Counted from the stretch's first letter, positions 10,119 to 22,042 are shown. The stretch is DNA of 64,000 nt from an uncultured delta proteobacterium (GCA_963789265.1 CAWBKB010000004.1:96001-160000), one strand, 5' to 3'. Notes: a model not told the origin generated them from the letters alone. Numbers and translations: made by a program.

Positions 10119-10133
10119 TGGCACGGCAATTGC
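10119..10133 (+). promoter_or_regulatory. sigma54 -24/-12 promoter upstream of zinc-ribbon ankyrin genes
   Basis: TGGCAC-GGCAA-TTGC, overlapped by the palindrome GTGCCAAG-N8-CTTGGCAC. Confidence 0.7.
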
Positions 10134-10343
10134 TCAATTAATATATCGAGTTATTCGGTCACTTCAAAACAAGTGGGAAGTTGGCCCCGCCGGTCGTATT
10201 CAGGATACCATCACAAAGAGGTCTACAGAACCATGCGTGAGACCAGAAGCGACGCGACGGACGATAACCAGTCACAACAGAATACTTCTTGCTGGGTGTC
10301 ACGACGCGATAGGACTTTTTGCCCGGAATGCCAGGGGAGGTGA

Positions 10344-11782
10344 ATGTCGATGGCCTTAATGATCTGTTACGAATGTGATGGAAAAGTCTCCAGTCTGGCC
10401 AAAGCATGTCCCCACTGCGGGGCTCCCATGCAGAATAAATTGATACACGTCGTGGAGTCAGGTGACCTGAGCACGTTGCGGCAGCTCGTAGACAGGGAGG
10501 CTGATGTTAATGCCGGCGACAAAATTGGGGCGACAGCGCTTATGAAAGCTGCTGAATTGGGCCGGATAGACATGGTAGAGCTACTCCTGACTAGTGGTGC
10601 CGATTACAGACTCACAGATCAAGGAGGTGCCACAGCCCTGATGTGGGCCGTATCGACCGGAAATGCAGGGATCATGAGAAGACTGTTGGACGCAGGGGCC
10701 GAGGTCAATACCAAGGGCGAAGGAGGGAGCACCGCAGTAAATTGGGCTGCCTCACAGGGATACCCAGAGGTAGCTCGCCTTCTTATCCAATACGGGGTGG
10801 ATGTGAATTCCGAAAACGATCTCGGTCGAACGCCGTTGATGGAGGCTTGCTTGCGGGGCCATCTCGAGTTCGCGGAAGTCCTGCTGGAGCGCGGCGCTGA
10901 AGTCGATCGACAGGACGCGGCCGGTGAAAGTGCTTTGTTGAAGGCCTCGAGGGAAGGCCGAATCAAGATAGTGGAGGTCCTTTTGAGAAACGGGGCTGTT
11001 CCCGAGCCAAGGACGGTCCGATGGGCCGCGGCCAACGGCCACTCGGACGTGGTAACCCTCCTGCTGGATAATGGCGCTGATGTGAATGCCCGTAACGAAG
11101 CCGGTGTCACCGCGCTGATGCGTGCTGCTCTCATGAATCATGTTGAAGTTGTGAAGTTGCTCCTGACAAGGGGCGCCGACGTGGAGGACAAAGACAAAGA
11201 AGGTTGGCCGGCTCTCATTCTTGCTTGCCGTGAAGGGCACGAAGAGGTGGTCCGGGCGCTACTGGATGCAGGAGCTGACATAAGTGTCGTGGACGCCAAC
11301 GGATGGACACCACTGATATGGGCCGCGTCTCTGGGCCACGTGGAAGTGGTAGAGTTGCTGATGAGTCGCGGGGCCGACCCTGATACTCGCGACCCACATG
11401 GTGCCACGGCCCTGATGAAGGCAGCCCGCCGCGGCTACCCCGAAACTACCCAACTGCTGCTGAATAATGGAGCTGACGTCAACGCCGAGGACAAGGCGGG
11501 CTCCACGGCTTTGATGAGGGCCGCTAGAGGCGGTCATACCAAGGTGTTGAAACTGCTTTTGGGAAAAGGAGCCGACGTGGACAAAATCGACAACGAGGGG
11601 CAAAGCGCACTGATTTTAGCTGCCGGCGAGGGGCACAGAGAAGCGGTAAGGCTCCTCTTGGAAAAAGGCCCGAATTTGCGAAACGCGAGATACAGAACGG
11701 CTGGACGGCCGCAATGTGGGCCCGGTCTATACGAAACAAAGATATTCTCGCACTGCTGGAAAAGTATGCGCAGCGACAGTAA
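10344..11782 (+). CDS. Zinc-ribbon + ankyrin repeat protein (frameshift about 11680-11695)
   Basis: CYECDGKVSSLAKACPHCGAPM followed by about 13 ankyrin repeats. The last repeat NGWTAAMWARSIRNKDILALLEKYAQRQ* continues in another frame to TAA 11780-11782. Confidence 0.88.
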
Positions 11783-11933
11783 TTTCACCGGGCCGGGGAA
11801 AAGGCGGCGGACAGGCATGTGGAAAACGGCTGACCGCATGCACCTGCATCGATCGAGGAGTTTTTGGGCTTGGTTTACGTGAAAGCCTCTCGGTCGACAA
11901 AACGGCCTCGCAGACTGCATGGAGGTAATACCA

Positions 11934-12686
11934 ATGTCTCTGACCACGTGTTACGAATGCGCGGAAAAGGTTTCCAGTTTTGCCGAAGCCTGTCCCCATT
12001 GCGGGGCACCTATGGAAAACAAGATTATACACGCTGCACAGGTGGGCAACGTGGAGAATGTTCGGAACCTTTTGGCTGGCGGAGCTGATGTAAACGCGAA
12101 AGATCCCGACGGCTGGACCGCCTTGATTTCCGCCTGCCGTGAAGGCCACACCAAAGTGGTAAAGGAGCTGTTGGAAGCGGGCGCAGATGTTCGAGCGAAG
12201 GACGGTCACGGCTGGACACCGCTGATGTGGGCCTCCGCCTCAGGATATTACAGAATAGTAAACTTGCTCATAGAAAAAGGAGCAGAACTGGAGGCTAAGG
12301 ACCAATATGGCGCCACAGCATTGATGAAGGCTGCTCGCAGGGGATTCGAGGAAGTGGCGAAATTGCTCCTGGACAAAGGGGCCGACGTCAATGCCAAGGA
12401 CGATTATGGCTGGAATGCCTTGATGAGGGCTTGCCGACGAGGCTATTCAAAAGTGGCCAAATATCTCTTGGAATCGGGTGCGGACACCGAACCAAAGGAC
12501 CAATACGGGGCCACCGGCTTGATCATCGCTGCTGCCGAAGGCCATTTGGATGTAGTCAAGCAGCTCGTGAATGCCAATGCCAACGTGCATGCCAAAGACA
12601 GGAACGGCTGGACCGCTTTGATGTGGGCATCTTCCGAGGGATACAAAGAAGTGGTGGGATTTTTGAAGTCGCAAGGGGATGAATAA
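11934..12686 (+). CDS. Zinc-ribbon + ankyrin repeat protein
   Basis: SD GGAGG. CYECAEKVSSFAEACPHCGAPM followed by about 7 ankyrin repeats. Confidence 0.93.
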   Translation: MSLTTCYECAEKVSSFAEACPHCGAPMENKIIHAAQVGNVENVRNLLAGGADVNAKDPDGWTALISACREGHTKVVKELLEAGADVRAKDGHGWTPLMWASASGYYRIVNLLIEKGAELEAKDQYGATALMKAARRGFEEVAKLLLDKGADVNAKDDYGWNALMRACRRGYSKVAKYLLESGADTEPKDQYGATGLIIAAAEGHLDVVKQLVNANANVHAKDRNGWTALMWASSEGYKEVVGFLKSQGDE

Positions 12687-12858
12687 GAGGGCATTGATGT
12701 TTCCCGCATACGGAACTTATGTGCGGTTGGCAGTGGTAAGAGGGGCGTCCCCGCCTCGAGACGTACTTGGCCGCCAATTTACTTGAAACATCGTCATTAC
12801 TATTGAGGCCCACTGGTACCGCGCTTGACGTTAATCGTCTCTAATCAGCAGAATGGAG

Positions 12859-13795
12859 TTATAGAAAATATCCCGTCACGTATTTCAAGCCTAGCACGCC
12901 GATGATGATTCCAAGTATGGGCCGAATGATCCAACCCGGCACGTGCTTCTGGACGGATGCTCCCAGGTACATTCCGATGAATCCGCCAACACCAAAGGGA
13001 ACGCCGAGCAGCCAGTCTGGAGAGACAGCCTCACCGGACGAAGCAAAATGAGGTCCGATAAGCGGATAGAACCAGAACCCCTCATATCGACGTTATGCAT
13101 GTCCCCATTAAAGTTGCCCCGGCAATTGTATGAATAGGAAGATGAAAGGAGGCCACTATAAAGGGTGCTATGATAGCACCCCCGCCGATCCCGTAAATCC
13201 CGCCCACCAGAGAAAGCATGAACAAGCCGGTCGTGTGAAAACTGAAGCATTCACCGAAGAATTCATATTCGGTACGCTTAAGGGACCAACTTATTGTGCG
13301 AATGGCAGGCTGACTCGAATCAAGAGCAGCTTCACATTCTTTCGTACGTCGTTGTCGCATTTTGGCCTCAGCAGCTACCTCGGCGGTTTGTAGGCCTCGC
13401 CGGGCCACCGCCTGGTAGAGCATTCGGCAGCCGATGAATAAGAGCACACTACCGGCAAAGAGTTAGAATGGCCCGGGATCAGGCAGAAAAACGATTCGTA
13501 TGATCATTCCCAGAAATAACCCGGGTAATGTTCCTATGATAATATTCCAGGCCAGCGGCCAGTTCATCCTCCCCTCACGAAAATGCCGCTAGACAGCACT
13601 GGGGATGCCGACCACATTGAAGACAAGGTTCGTCAGCGTCACAGCCGGGCTTGTGAAACCGAGAACACCCACTTGAAAGGGCAAGATCAGGAAGGCGCCT
13701 GATATTCCGGCGATAGAAGTGAGAAAGGAAATAACCAGGCCTACCATAGGCGGAACCCATACGACCGTTTCAACTCCCGAAACAGGGAAGGTCAT
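12859..13795 (-). pseudogene. Sulfite exporter TauE/SafE family pseudogene
   Basis: MTFPVSGVE..GISGAFLILPFQ..TNLVFNVV.IPS, REGRM, GGIYGIGGGAIIAPF, PDWLLG..FGVGG. In-frame TAG 13589-13591 and TAA 13463-13465, plus a frameshift about 13075-13085. Confidence 0.85.
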
Positions 13796-14294
13796 CTCTG
13801 TTACCCTTTTAACAGATGACTACCGTGAACACCATTGAGAGTAGCCGCTGACACACCTCGGCAAAAATTCCCCCCTCTCTCGGCCGTCCATCCGGGCACG
13901 GGCACTCTTTATCATTCTTTACCTACAGTTAAGGAGACAGAGTTGAACACGCGGCGTCAACCGCAACGAATTTCACTATAGAAGTTGTCAGCGTGCGGTC
14001 AAGAGAATAGATCAAGTCCATGACATTTTAGTTTTTCGCTCAATTATGATTTGCGTTGGAAAAATCCATTCCGGCTCCGAAACGGACGCATCAGTACGCA
14101 ACAGGCCCCGAAGACTCTGCCGACGCCACACGCGTATCATTTCTTCCGAGAGCAAAACGACCTTATCGACAATTCCTATGAAGCCCCCTCATTACCCCCG
14201 GCAATCCCGCGTTCCGCGCGGGTCGGCTCTACGGACGTTTTCATGTTTCGTTGCTAGCTATGGGAGTTGGTATCAAGAACTCCTGCTTCGAGAC

Positions 14295-14600
14295 TTACCT
14301 TGATGCGGCCACCTCGATGTGTCTCCTTGACCGCTTTGAAGCGGATAGGTGGTGCCGTTTTGCTTGCTCCAGCCGCGCCTTTCTTTGCCATGCCAATATC
14401 ACTGCTCGCTGCCGTCGCGCTTGCTGTAAAAGCCTGTCATACCGGTCCCGGAGGAACAGTGCTTTACGTTGCGCACGCTCCCACTGCTGCTGCGTAGCCT
14501 GCGCCGACTTACCGGCGAGCGCTTGCCCAGGTAGGGTCATAATTCCAAGCAGCAGCATGAGAGCTGTGAACAACAATAGACTTAATAATGATGCTCTCAT
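14295..14600 (-). CDS. Hypothetical secreted basic helical protein
   Basis: Signal peptide MRASLLSLLLFTALMLLLGIMTLPGQALA, then an Arg/Gln-rich helix. Confidence 0.6.
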   Translation of the reverse strand: MRASLLSLLLFTALMLLLGIMTLPGQALAGKSAQATQQQWERAQRKALFLRDRYDRLLQQARRQRAVILAWQRKARLEQAKRHHLSASKRSRRHIEVAASR

Positions 14601-14982
14601 TTTCTCGCGCCCCCATCCCCACAACAATTGCTTCTATTCGTGTAGATTCCTGTTGCGCAAAAAAGATTCGGCCGGAAAGGTTCGGGGGCCTTCTCGAGAA
14701 ATAAGCGATGTAGAATTTTGAAGAGTTACGGGAAATAATCCGAGCCTACCGGTCGGGGAGACCGGATACTGGTTACGGCTCTGAGAGGTGTGCCGTTAGA
14801 TAAAGTCCAAGCTCGCATACCGGATAACGAGATACGGCGGTTCGGACGCGCATGCTTCATGCCTCGAACCGCCGCTGCATTTCTTCCCTGTCCGCTGCAT
14901 TAACCGCTATGAGACGGGTTTGGGAGACCGTTCCAAAGCAAAGCACGGAGTAGCAATGTCCGCCCACGCGATGCCCGTGAAA

Positions 14983-15396
14983 TCATTGGCCGCCCGCGGC
15001 CTTAAGGTACGGGCAAGTAGGAGTGGAAGTGGGTGACGTCGTTGACCCAGTGGTTCCCGCGGCTGTTTGAGTGGTGGAGTTCGGAGTGGTCGAGGTCGTT
15101 GCAGTCGTTGTTGTAGCAGCCGCGTTCTGATTAGTGGAGGATGTCGGCATGACCGGTGTCGCGGTCGTGTCCTGATTTGTCCCGGAGGTTGTCGTGGTAG
15201 ATGTGGTAGCCGCGTTTGGATCTTTCCAGGTTTTCTTTGTTCCTTTGGCCTGGGTCATGACATCCCCGGTGATTCTCCCGTCATTGGGGCCGATGCTCAG
15301 TCTCATATTAGTCTGAATCGTCATATTGGTCTGGTCAGCCATGCTAGCGCCTACAGTAGCCACCAGGACCAGGCTAATCAACAGAATAGTTTTCAT
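14983..15396 (-). CDS. Secreted Thr/Ser-rich low-complexity protein
   Basis: SD GGAG, signal peptide MKTILLISLVLVATVGASMA, Thr-rich tracts, C-terminal TCPYLK. Confidence 0.75.
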   Translation of the reverse strand: MKTILLISLVLVATVGASMADQTNMTIQTNMRLSIGPNDGRITGDVMTQAKGTKKTWKDPNAATTSTTTTSGTNQDTTATPVMPTSSTNQNAAATTTTATTSTTPNSTTQTAAGTTGSTTSPTSTPTCPYLKAAGGQ

Positions 15397-15889
15397 CGCT
15401 TCAACTCCAGGAAAGGTTGGATAAGAATCTATCCTTATGTGGAAAACCTTATCATATATAACAACAAATTACAACCATTTATTAAAGTAATACATTAAAT
15501 ATGGTTATCCTAGCCCATGATTCGAGGGCATTTGTGTGATTATCCCCTGACAGATGAATGCCGCGGATTTCTTCAAGAAGTTTCAAATGGGTAAGAAAGC
15601 GAAGGCGGACAATCCCTACCGTCGTAACGTAGAAAAATCTCGGCGCCTTTTAACAAAGAACTACAAATCTCGTCAAATTATTAAGCAAACCGAGAACGGA
15701 GAGCCTCAAAAAAGGACTGGTACCATTGCGCGTTCAAAAGAATGATCAAGAACGTCTTGGCCGGCAGAGACGTCGGCCCTATCCTGCGGCATAGCGACGC
15801 GCCTCCGTGCCTGTCGTTTTGCCGGTATGAAAGCGCATTGGTCTGAGGTCTCTTCAAAGATGCCGGTGCGTCCAAGGAGGAAAATTCCC

Positions 15890-16132
15890 ATGGACATCAA
15901 TCTCATTTATATTCTTGCGGTCCTCTTGTTTGCGATCGCAGGGTTCATCACGTATGAGGTGCTGTTGGCCATCGTTTGGCGGTCCGCCGAAGGGAGAAAA
16001 AATTCCATCTTCGATAATATTCATGATCACAGTAATCTGCGATCGTACGGGGCATGTTACGATAACTGCATGATTGAGTCTCACTGGGATCCCGGTCATG
16101 TCCCACTGTGTACTGCAACCTGTAATATCTGA
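15890..16132 (+). CDS. Small membrane protein with twin CxxxC motifs
   Basis: SD AAGGAGG. 80 aa with one N-terminal TM, then CYDNC...CTATC. Confidence 0.7.
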   Translation: MDINLIYILAVLLFAIAGFITYEVLLAIVWRSAEGRKNSIFDNIHDHSNLRSYGACYDNCMIESHWDPGHVPLCTATCNI

Positions 16133-16208
16133 TTTGTTTAAGGGCACGCGCCGTGATTCTAAAGTTCATGGCGCCACCCTTGTTGAGTTACCTGGCCTCA
16201 ACTCCTCG

Positions 16209-18819
16209 CTACAAGGCGGTAGTGGCGTCGCGTGGCGCAACTTGGGAGCTTTTGTTTTGCACCCCTTCCATGAATTCGGCATCCGCAAGGTCGCCGTGTT
16301 TGTCGAAGAAGGCAGCCAAAGATTTCGCAATGTCCTCATCGCTTTTCAACTGGACGTCCAATTGTCGTGTAAAACCGATCAATGAGCCGAGAGCGCGGAG
16401 ACGCCGTTGAATGTCTTCCTTTGGAAGATGGAGGATTCGGCCCACAATGAGATCGCCCTTTACCGTAACTTTAAAGTGGTAGTGGGTCAAAATGTCGCCC
16501 AGGAGCTGAGCTCTACGGGAGCGCCGTGTGAAATCGGTTACTCCCCCCAGAAATCTGAAGTAGATGTGGTTTTGATTATCGTCGTCTTCCATCCTGGCGT
16601 CGATGAGATTGAGGTGGTATCCAAGGCGTAGGTGGAGGTTCATATAGATCTCATTGATCACGGCCAAGTTAACCCCCGCGAGAGTTGCCCCCGCGGCGTC
16701 CCAGGTTTCTTGTAAAGCTCGACATTAAAGCCCTGAAATCCACTGCAACCGGCTCCGTGTTCCATGTTCCCGGCCGGGACACCCCTTCCCACAGAGCTTT
16801 GAGAGGTAACGATCGAATCTGATTAGCTCTGACCGTGTTTCCCTCTGCCAGAGGATCGAGCCCTCCCCCGAGATCGAGAATTTTCAGTCCCATAGGGACT
16901 TCAGATATAAGGGTCCACACGTTGGTGCTTTTGAAGCGCTTGAGCACGGTGGGGAGATCCATCAGTTCCTGAACTGCCTTTTCATGTATGAACCTGATCA
17001 TATCGTGGACGGATTCGCACCCGTCTGGGGTGAAGTTGTGCAACTGGGGATCCATGAGGTGGAGGGGAGCGACCCGTTGGAGAATTCTCCGCAAAAGGCG
17101 GAATTCAGGGGCTTCCTCGAAAACCACCGGTTGGGCCAATTCGTATCGAATCAGTTCCTCGACGCGTCCTTTGTAGACGATTCGATGGCTCGTATCGAGC
17201 GTAATTTCCATGCCGTCAGTAATCATGTCTGCGGCACTATCTACGCCCAGCAGCGTCGGTACACGGAATTCTCTTGCGATGGTGGCAAGATGTCCTGCCG
17301 CGGAGCCTCGTTCAGAAATTATGGCGGAAGCCTTGGGCACTATCCGGGCCAACCAGGGCGCGGTATATCGTGTAACCAGCACAGCCCCATCGGGAAATTC
17401 GGCCATATCCTCATTGGACTGCACAATATGTGCTGATCCCGATCCGACGCCTCCATGGGCCACGACTCCCCTGCCCCGTATGAGTATGGGATAATTGGCG
17501 CAAGTTTCGAAAAACTCCTCCGGTATCCGATCCGTGGTATCCGGCAGTCCCAAGCGCCTGCTCTGAAACAATCTGGGGTCGCCCTTTGCGTCCAATGCCC
17601 ACTCAAGTTCCAGCGGACGCTTGAAATAACGTTCCAGAGCAAGTCCCCACTTTGCCAGAGTACGCACCGCAACGTCCGGAATCGTCGCCTGTGTCTGTTG
17701 GTTTGGGGTGAGCGCAGTCTCTTCTTCACCGCCATTCGTTGCCGACCTTAAGAGAAGCTTCTTCTTTGCGATTCTGGCCTCTTTAATCTTGTACGGCGGT
17801 TCCTTTTCCACAACCCACTGATCAAGAACGTCCCTTCCTTCCGCGGTTGTTCGCCCCAATCCGAACGATGCATAAATCGCCATGCAATTGGGCTCCGGAA
17901 AATCCGGACATACTGTCTGGAGCACTCCGCTGGCCTGGCTGTTGACCATTTCCTGGCAAAGGACGGCCATGGCCACCTCCTCGCCTATGGTCCCCATCTG
18001 GTGGCGGTAATTAATAGTCTCCGGAGAGTAGAGACTGGCGAGCACCATCTTGTACCTGTCGAGGATTTGTCCGGGGGGCACATTCAGAAAAGTCTCATGA
18101 AGCCCGGCAAAAGACAATTCTCCATCTTCCCCGTACGCGCTGCTGCGCACCGACCAATTGTGTTTGCCTTTGTCGGCACGACGCGTGATAGCCTTGGCCA
18201 AGTCCTGGGGAATTTCGCCATCGAAGATGCCTTTTCGAATTTGTTCGGAGGCTTTGTCCAGGTCATCCTGGCCCGAAGCCCAGGCTTCGAGCCAAGAATG
18301 AATTCTGTCCTCAAGATGGTTGTGCTCAAGGAATCGGTAATAAGCCCGGGTGGTGATAACGAATCCGTCGGGCACGGGAAGGTGAAGGCGATGGATTATT
18401 TCAGCCAGATTATTTGCCTTACCACCGGTCAGTTCCGGATTGTCCAAAGGAGCGTCGGCGAGCCGAATCACGTACGGTGTGTCCCACGATTTCAGCCGGC
18501 CCCTAAGCTCCGACTCAACAGGCAGAACTCGGTCCAGAGTCGAGTAAAGCTTCAAATAACGGTCGGATCCGATCAGATTCAAGCCTTTTATCATGCGAAG
18601 CAACACGTTCTGGAGTTCGCGCACTGAATCCTGGAGATATTTTCGGTCGAATATGAAGTCTCCTCCGGCTTTTTCACCCAGATCCGCCATGAGTTCCATG
18701 GCTTTCTGGTGGTCTTGGAGCAACATACTCTGAAATTGCTCGAAAATCTGTGCAAACGCAATCGGGCTGCGCTGGCGTGCAACTGCTCTTCGAAACGTCC
18801 TGGTAAAAAACGTGAACAT
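16209..18819 (-). CDS. PEP/pyruvate-binding, PEP-utilising (PPDK/PEP-synthase-like) protein, +1 frameshift about 16705
   Basis: GGKANNL, VPDGFVIT, VRSSAYGED..SFAG, GSAAGHLATIAREFRVP (phospho-His). The C-terminal domain NLAVINEIYMNLHLRLGYH..FRFLGG continues in ORF 16209-16667. Confidence 0.85.
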
Positions 18820-19533
18820 GCGCGCTCCTGCCTTGATGAAATACCTGATCAGGCTCCACCACCGCGGCAACCTGCCATGCACTCCCCTTACTTTCCGAGC
18901 ACGACTCTGTTGCGAATCCAGTCCATTAAGGATAAGTACCGCCAAGAAAAGACACTGATGATCGTTGATGATGCCCTCATACAGAAAGAGACTCTACCGC
19001 GTCGTCCGTCAAAAGGGGAGAGGGCATAGATTGCTCTTCCATTGAAGACAAAGAAGAATATCCGGTAGTTCCAGGCAGGATCTTGCCGGGACCCCGAATC
19101 TGCCCCTCAATGAGGCAATTACCATGACAAGCGGACGACGTTTTCGTCAACCCCGGGTCAAGCGGTAGAACCGACCGCCGGACACTAAGTTCAACAACTC
19201 CTAAAATATTTTAGCAGATTTTTCCTCGGGAGCAACATTGATAAATTTCATCTTTTTCTGTAGTCGTCAGGCGGACCATTAGAGTTCATTGCACAGCGCG
19301 CCGAGCATGCAGAGAATTCTCCTCGCAGCCCCGGCCGAATGCCATTCGCGAGCAGATCCTCACAAACCGGAATTCGACGCTCCGGACTGAGAAGCAAACA
19401 AAAATAGAATTTTCCGCGTTCCCCGCGGTGAACTATTGAAAATGTTTCATTGAAGACTGACTCAAAGATATGTTATCCATCCTTAACATTTCGGAATTGT
19501 ACCGTTGCCGGAGAACCCGGTTGAGAGACCAAT

Positions 19534-19626
19534 GTCATTGCGAGGAGAGGAATGCCGCGTTCCGCGGGAGAGTTATCTGTATTTGCCGGATGAGAGACGG
19601 CCGCGCGGCGGCGCCCTCGCAATGAC
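19534..19626. repeat. REP-like inverted repeat element
   Basis: GTCATTGCGAGG ... CCTCGCAATGAC terminal IR with an internal CCGCG hairpin. Confidence 0.6.
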
Positions 19627-19819
19627 GTTCGAGCTTCTTTGTCAAGTGAGCAGTTCCGTAGCATTTTGCCATAGCCGCTCTGGCATGGCTTCCAAGATAC
19701 AAGAAACCGATCCATCTGGGATGACGAACGTTGCTGCTGCTTTAGGTGAACAGTTCTATGCAGCTCAGGTGAGGGATCATACCGTCTGACTAACACCGAC
19801 TGAAAACAAGGAGCTTGCC

Positions 19820-21014
19820 ATGGCTAAAAGCGCGGATGAACAACAGATCATGAAAGTTTTGATTGAGCTCGCTGAGGAAGAGAACAAGCTCACAGAGACC
19901 ATGATAGATATGATGGGAGAGACAAATGAAATGGCTGCAAGTCGGACGGCAAACGCCGAATTGCGAACCAACTTGTCCGGAGAGCGGACTCAGCTCGTGC
20001 GGGAACAAACAAAGTTCAGCGCAAAGAGCACCGAGCTTGCGGAGAAACGGACTGAATTTGCCACCAAGAGAACAGGATGGGCCGAAAAGCGCACCGAGCT
20101 TGCGGATTATCGAACGAATCTGGCACGCGATCGGTACTTCGCTGGCGAACAACCGTACCGAACTAGCCAACAAAAGGACATCCCTGGCAGAAGGTCGAAC
20201 CTCGCTCGCGCAGAAGCGTACCGAGCTTGCAGATTATCGAACAAACCTGGCTCGCGATCGTTCTTCCTTGGCGAATGACCGTACCGAACTTGCCGCAAAA
20301 AGGACATCGCTGGCAGAGGGTCGGACCTCCCTTGCGCAGAAGCGAACCGAGCTTGCCGATTATCGAACAAATTTAGCACGTGACCGTACTTCCTTCGCGA
20401 ATGGCCGTACCGAACTGGCCAACAAAAGAACATCGCTGGCAGAAGGTCGAACCTCCCTCGCGGAGAAGCGTACCGAGCTTGCCGACTTTCGAACAAACTT
20501 GTCTCGTGACCGTACTTCCCTGGCCAACGACCGTACCGAACTGGCCAACAAAAGGACATCGCTGGCAGAAGGTCGAACCTCCCTCGCGGAGAAGCGTTCC
20601 GAGCTTGCCGATCTTCGAACAAATCTGTCACGTGACCGTACTTCCCTGGCCAACGACCGTACCGAACTGGCATCGAAGCGAACAGACCTTTCCTCCAGAC
20701 GAACTTCTTTGGCTCAGGAAAGAAATGACCTGGCCAGTAACCGTACTGTTTTTTCCACTTACCGTTCCATTTTGGCCAAAGGCAGAACTGATCTGGCCCT
20801 TATACGCACGGGCTTTGCTTCAATCGCTCTGGGTATCGGCTTGATTCGTTTCTTCGGTTTTGGGCTATGGTCAACCCTCGATTTGGGCCTTGTGATAGTG
20901 GGCATCGGCGTGACGACATTCGCGGTCCAAAGCTACATTGTCACGAAGACTAAAGAGCGCAAGCTGAATCGGGCCATATCTGAAATCATCTCCGAGCTAC
21001 AGCTTCTTGCCTAA
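19820..21014 (+). CDS. DUF202 (YidH-like) membrane protein with very long RTxLAxx heptad coiled coil, +1 frameshift about 20134
   Basis: SD AAGGAG. About 40 heptads (RTELA../RTSLA..), ending in RTDLALIRTGFASIALGIGL plus a second TM. About 397 aa once one G is removed. Confidence 0.8.
20087..20680 (+). repeat. 126-bp (42-aa) tandem repeat, about 4.7 copies
   Basis: Unit starts (AAGCG) at 20087, 20214, 20340, 20466, 20592, with spacings 127, 126, 126, 126. Confidence 0.92.
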
Positions 21015-21119
21015 ACGAATAGTGAAATGTGCTTTCAAATTCGCGATTCGCGGACGTCGTGTACTTGTGCAGTGAGGTTAACTTCCGTACCGAGCGGTAA
21101 AGCAGGGAGGCCAGGGATC

Positions 21120-21400
21120 GGCGTTAAAATAGCGTTAATCAGTTGGTCATAGGCGGTTGTCCCGAAGGGACGTTTTGATAGTAGCCCGGTGCTTCAGCGC
21201 CGGGGAAAGAGTCAAAAGAGAACCCCTGCGTCCCATAGGGACGTCCGAATGTTATCCTAGAAATCGATCTTTCAAGCGTCCCTATGGGACGCACAACCGG
21301 TACATGATTGGTCGCTTACCCGGCAATGAATTGCCGGGCTATTATCTTGGCGTCCCTCTGGGGCTCATAAAGTTGCACCGAGATGTCTTATTTTAACGCC
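21120..21400. mobile_element. MITE-like element with GTCCC-N3-GGGAC REP cluster
   Basis: Perfect 12-bp outer IR GGCGTTAAAATA / TATTTTAACGCC. Internal GTCCCGAAGGGAC, CGTCCCATAGGGACG, CGTCCCTATGGGACG and CCCGGCAATGAATTGCCGGG hairpins. Confidence 0.7.
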
Positions 21401-22042
21401 TATGGGGAGGCCAGGGGTAGTGCTTTCTCAAAAAAAGAGCCCGACCTGCGGGTCGAGCTGGGAGACGCCGTTAGGCGGCCGGGCTCACGAAAACAACGGT
21501 TGGTGAAAAGTGGGAATCGCCCTTGCCGATTGCCTAACAAGCTCCGTAGCTTGAATGTGTGGTCTTGACCATTTGGCAAATTCGAAGTGGACGATAGTGA
21601 GTCTTTTTCACCTACTGACAGAAATCCTGTAATTAGAAGATGAACTCCAATTTCATGAATCCGCTTTCCGATTTTTCCTTCAAAAGAAAGTGGGATTAGG
21701 GCTAAAGATTGCAATAAGGCAAATGGCCGGACATACGAATGGCGCATAAGGTATTCTTCTCAACATACCCTTCCTCTCAGCGCGAATTGTTGGAGACTTC
21801 TTTAAAGCCAACTCGGACTTATGTCAAGAAAAAAAATGACACATATACGAATAATTATGACAATAAATTAGAAATTGGTTCCTCAATTAATTAACGTATG
21901 GTTTCTTATTGTTACATAACTGATTGATAATAAGTGGTAAAAAGTGTCACAAAATAATCTAGCAGCCCTTCGGCCTTTCCCGCAGTTCTCCAAGGATATC
22001 GCTCCTACGGCCGCGGAGTGCCTGGAGAGTCAATTTTTTGTC

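Noticed and set aside
13589..13591. In-frame TAG as pyrrolysine or readthrough in TauE
   Set aside because: The same gene also has an in-frame TAA and a frameshift, so decay is the simpler explanation.
15554..15745. 63-aa basic ORF
   Set aside because: No SD and no motif, so it cannot be supported.
20087..20680. Regularly spaced repeats resembling a CRISPR array
   Set aside because: Units are contiguous 126-bp in-frame coding repeats with synonymous variation and no unique spacers. No cas genes in the window.
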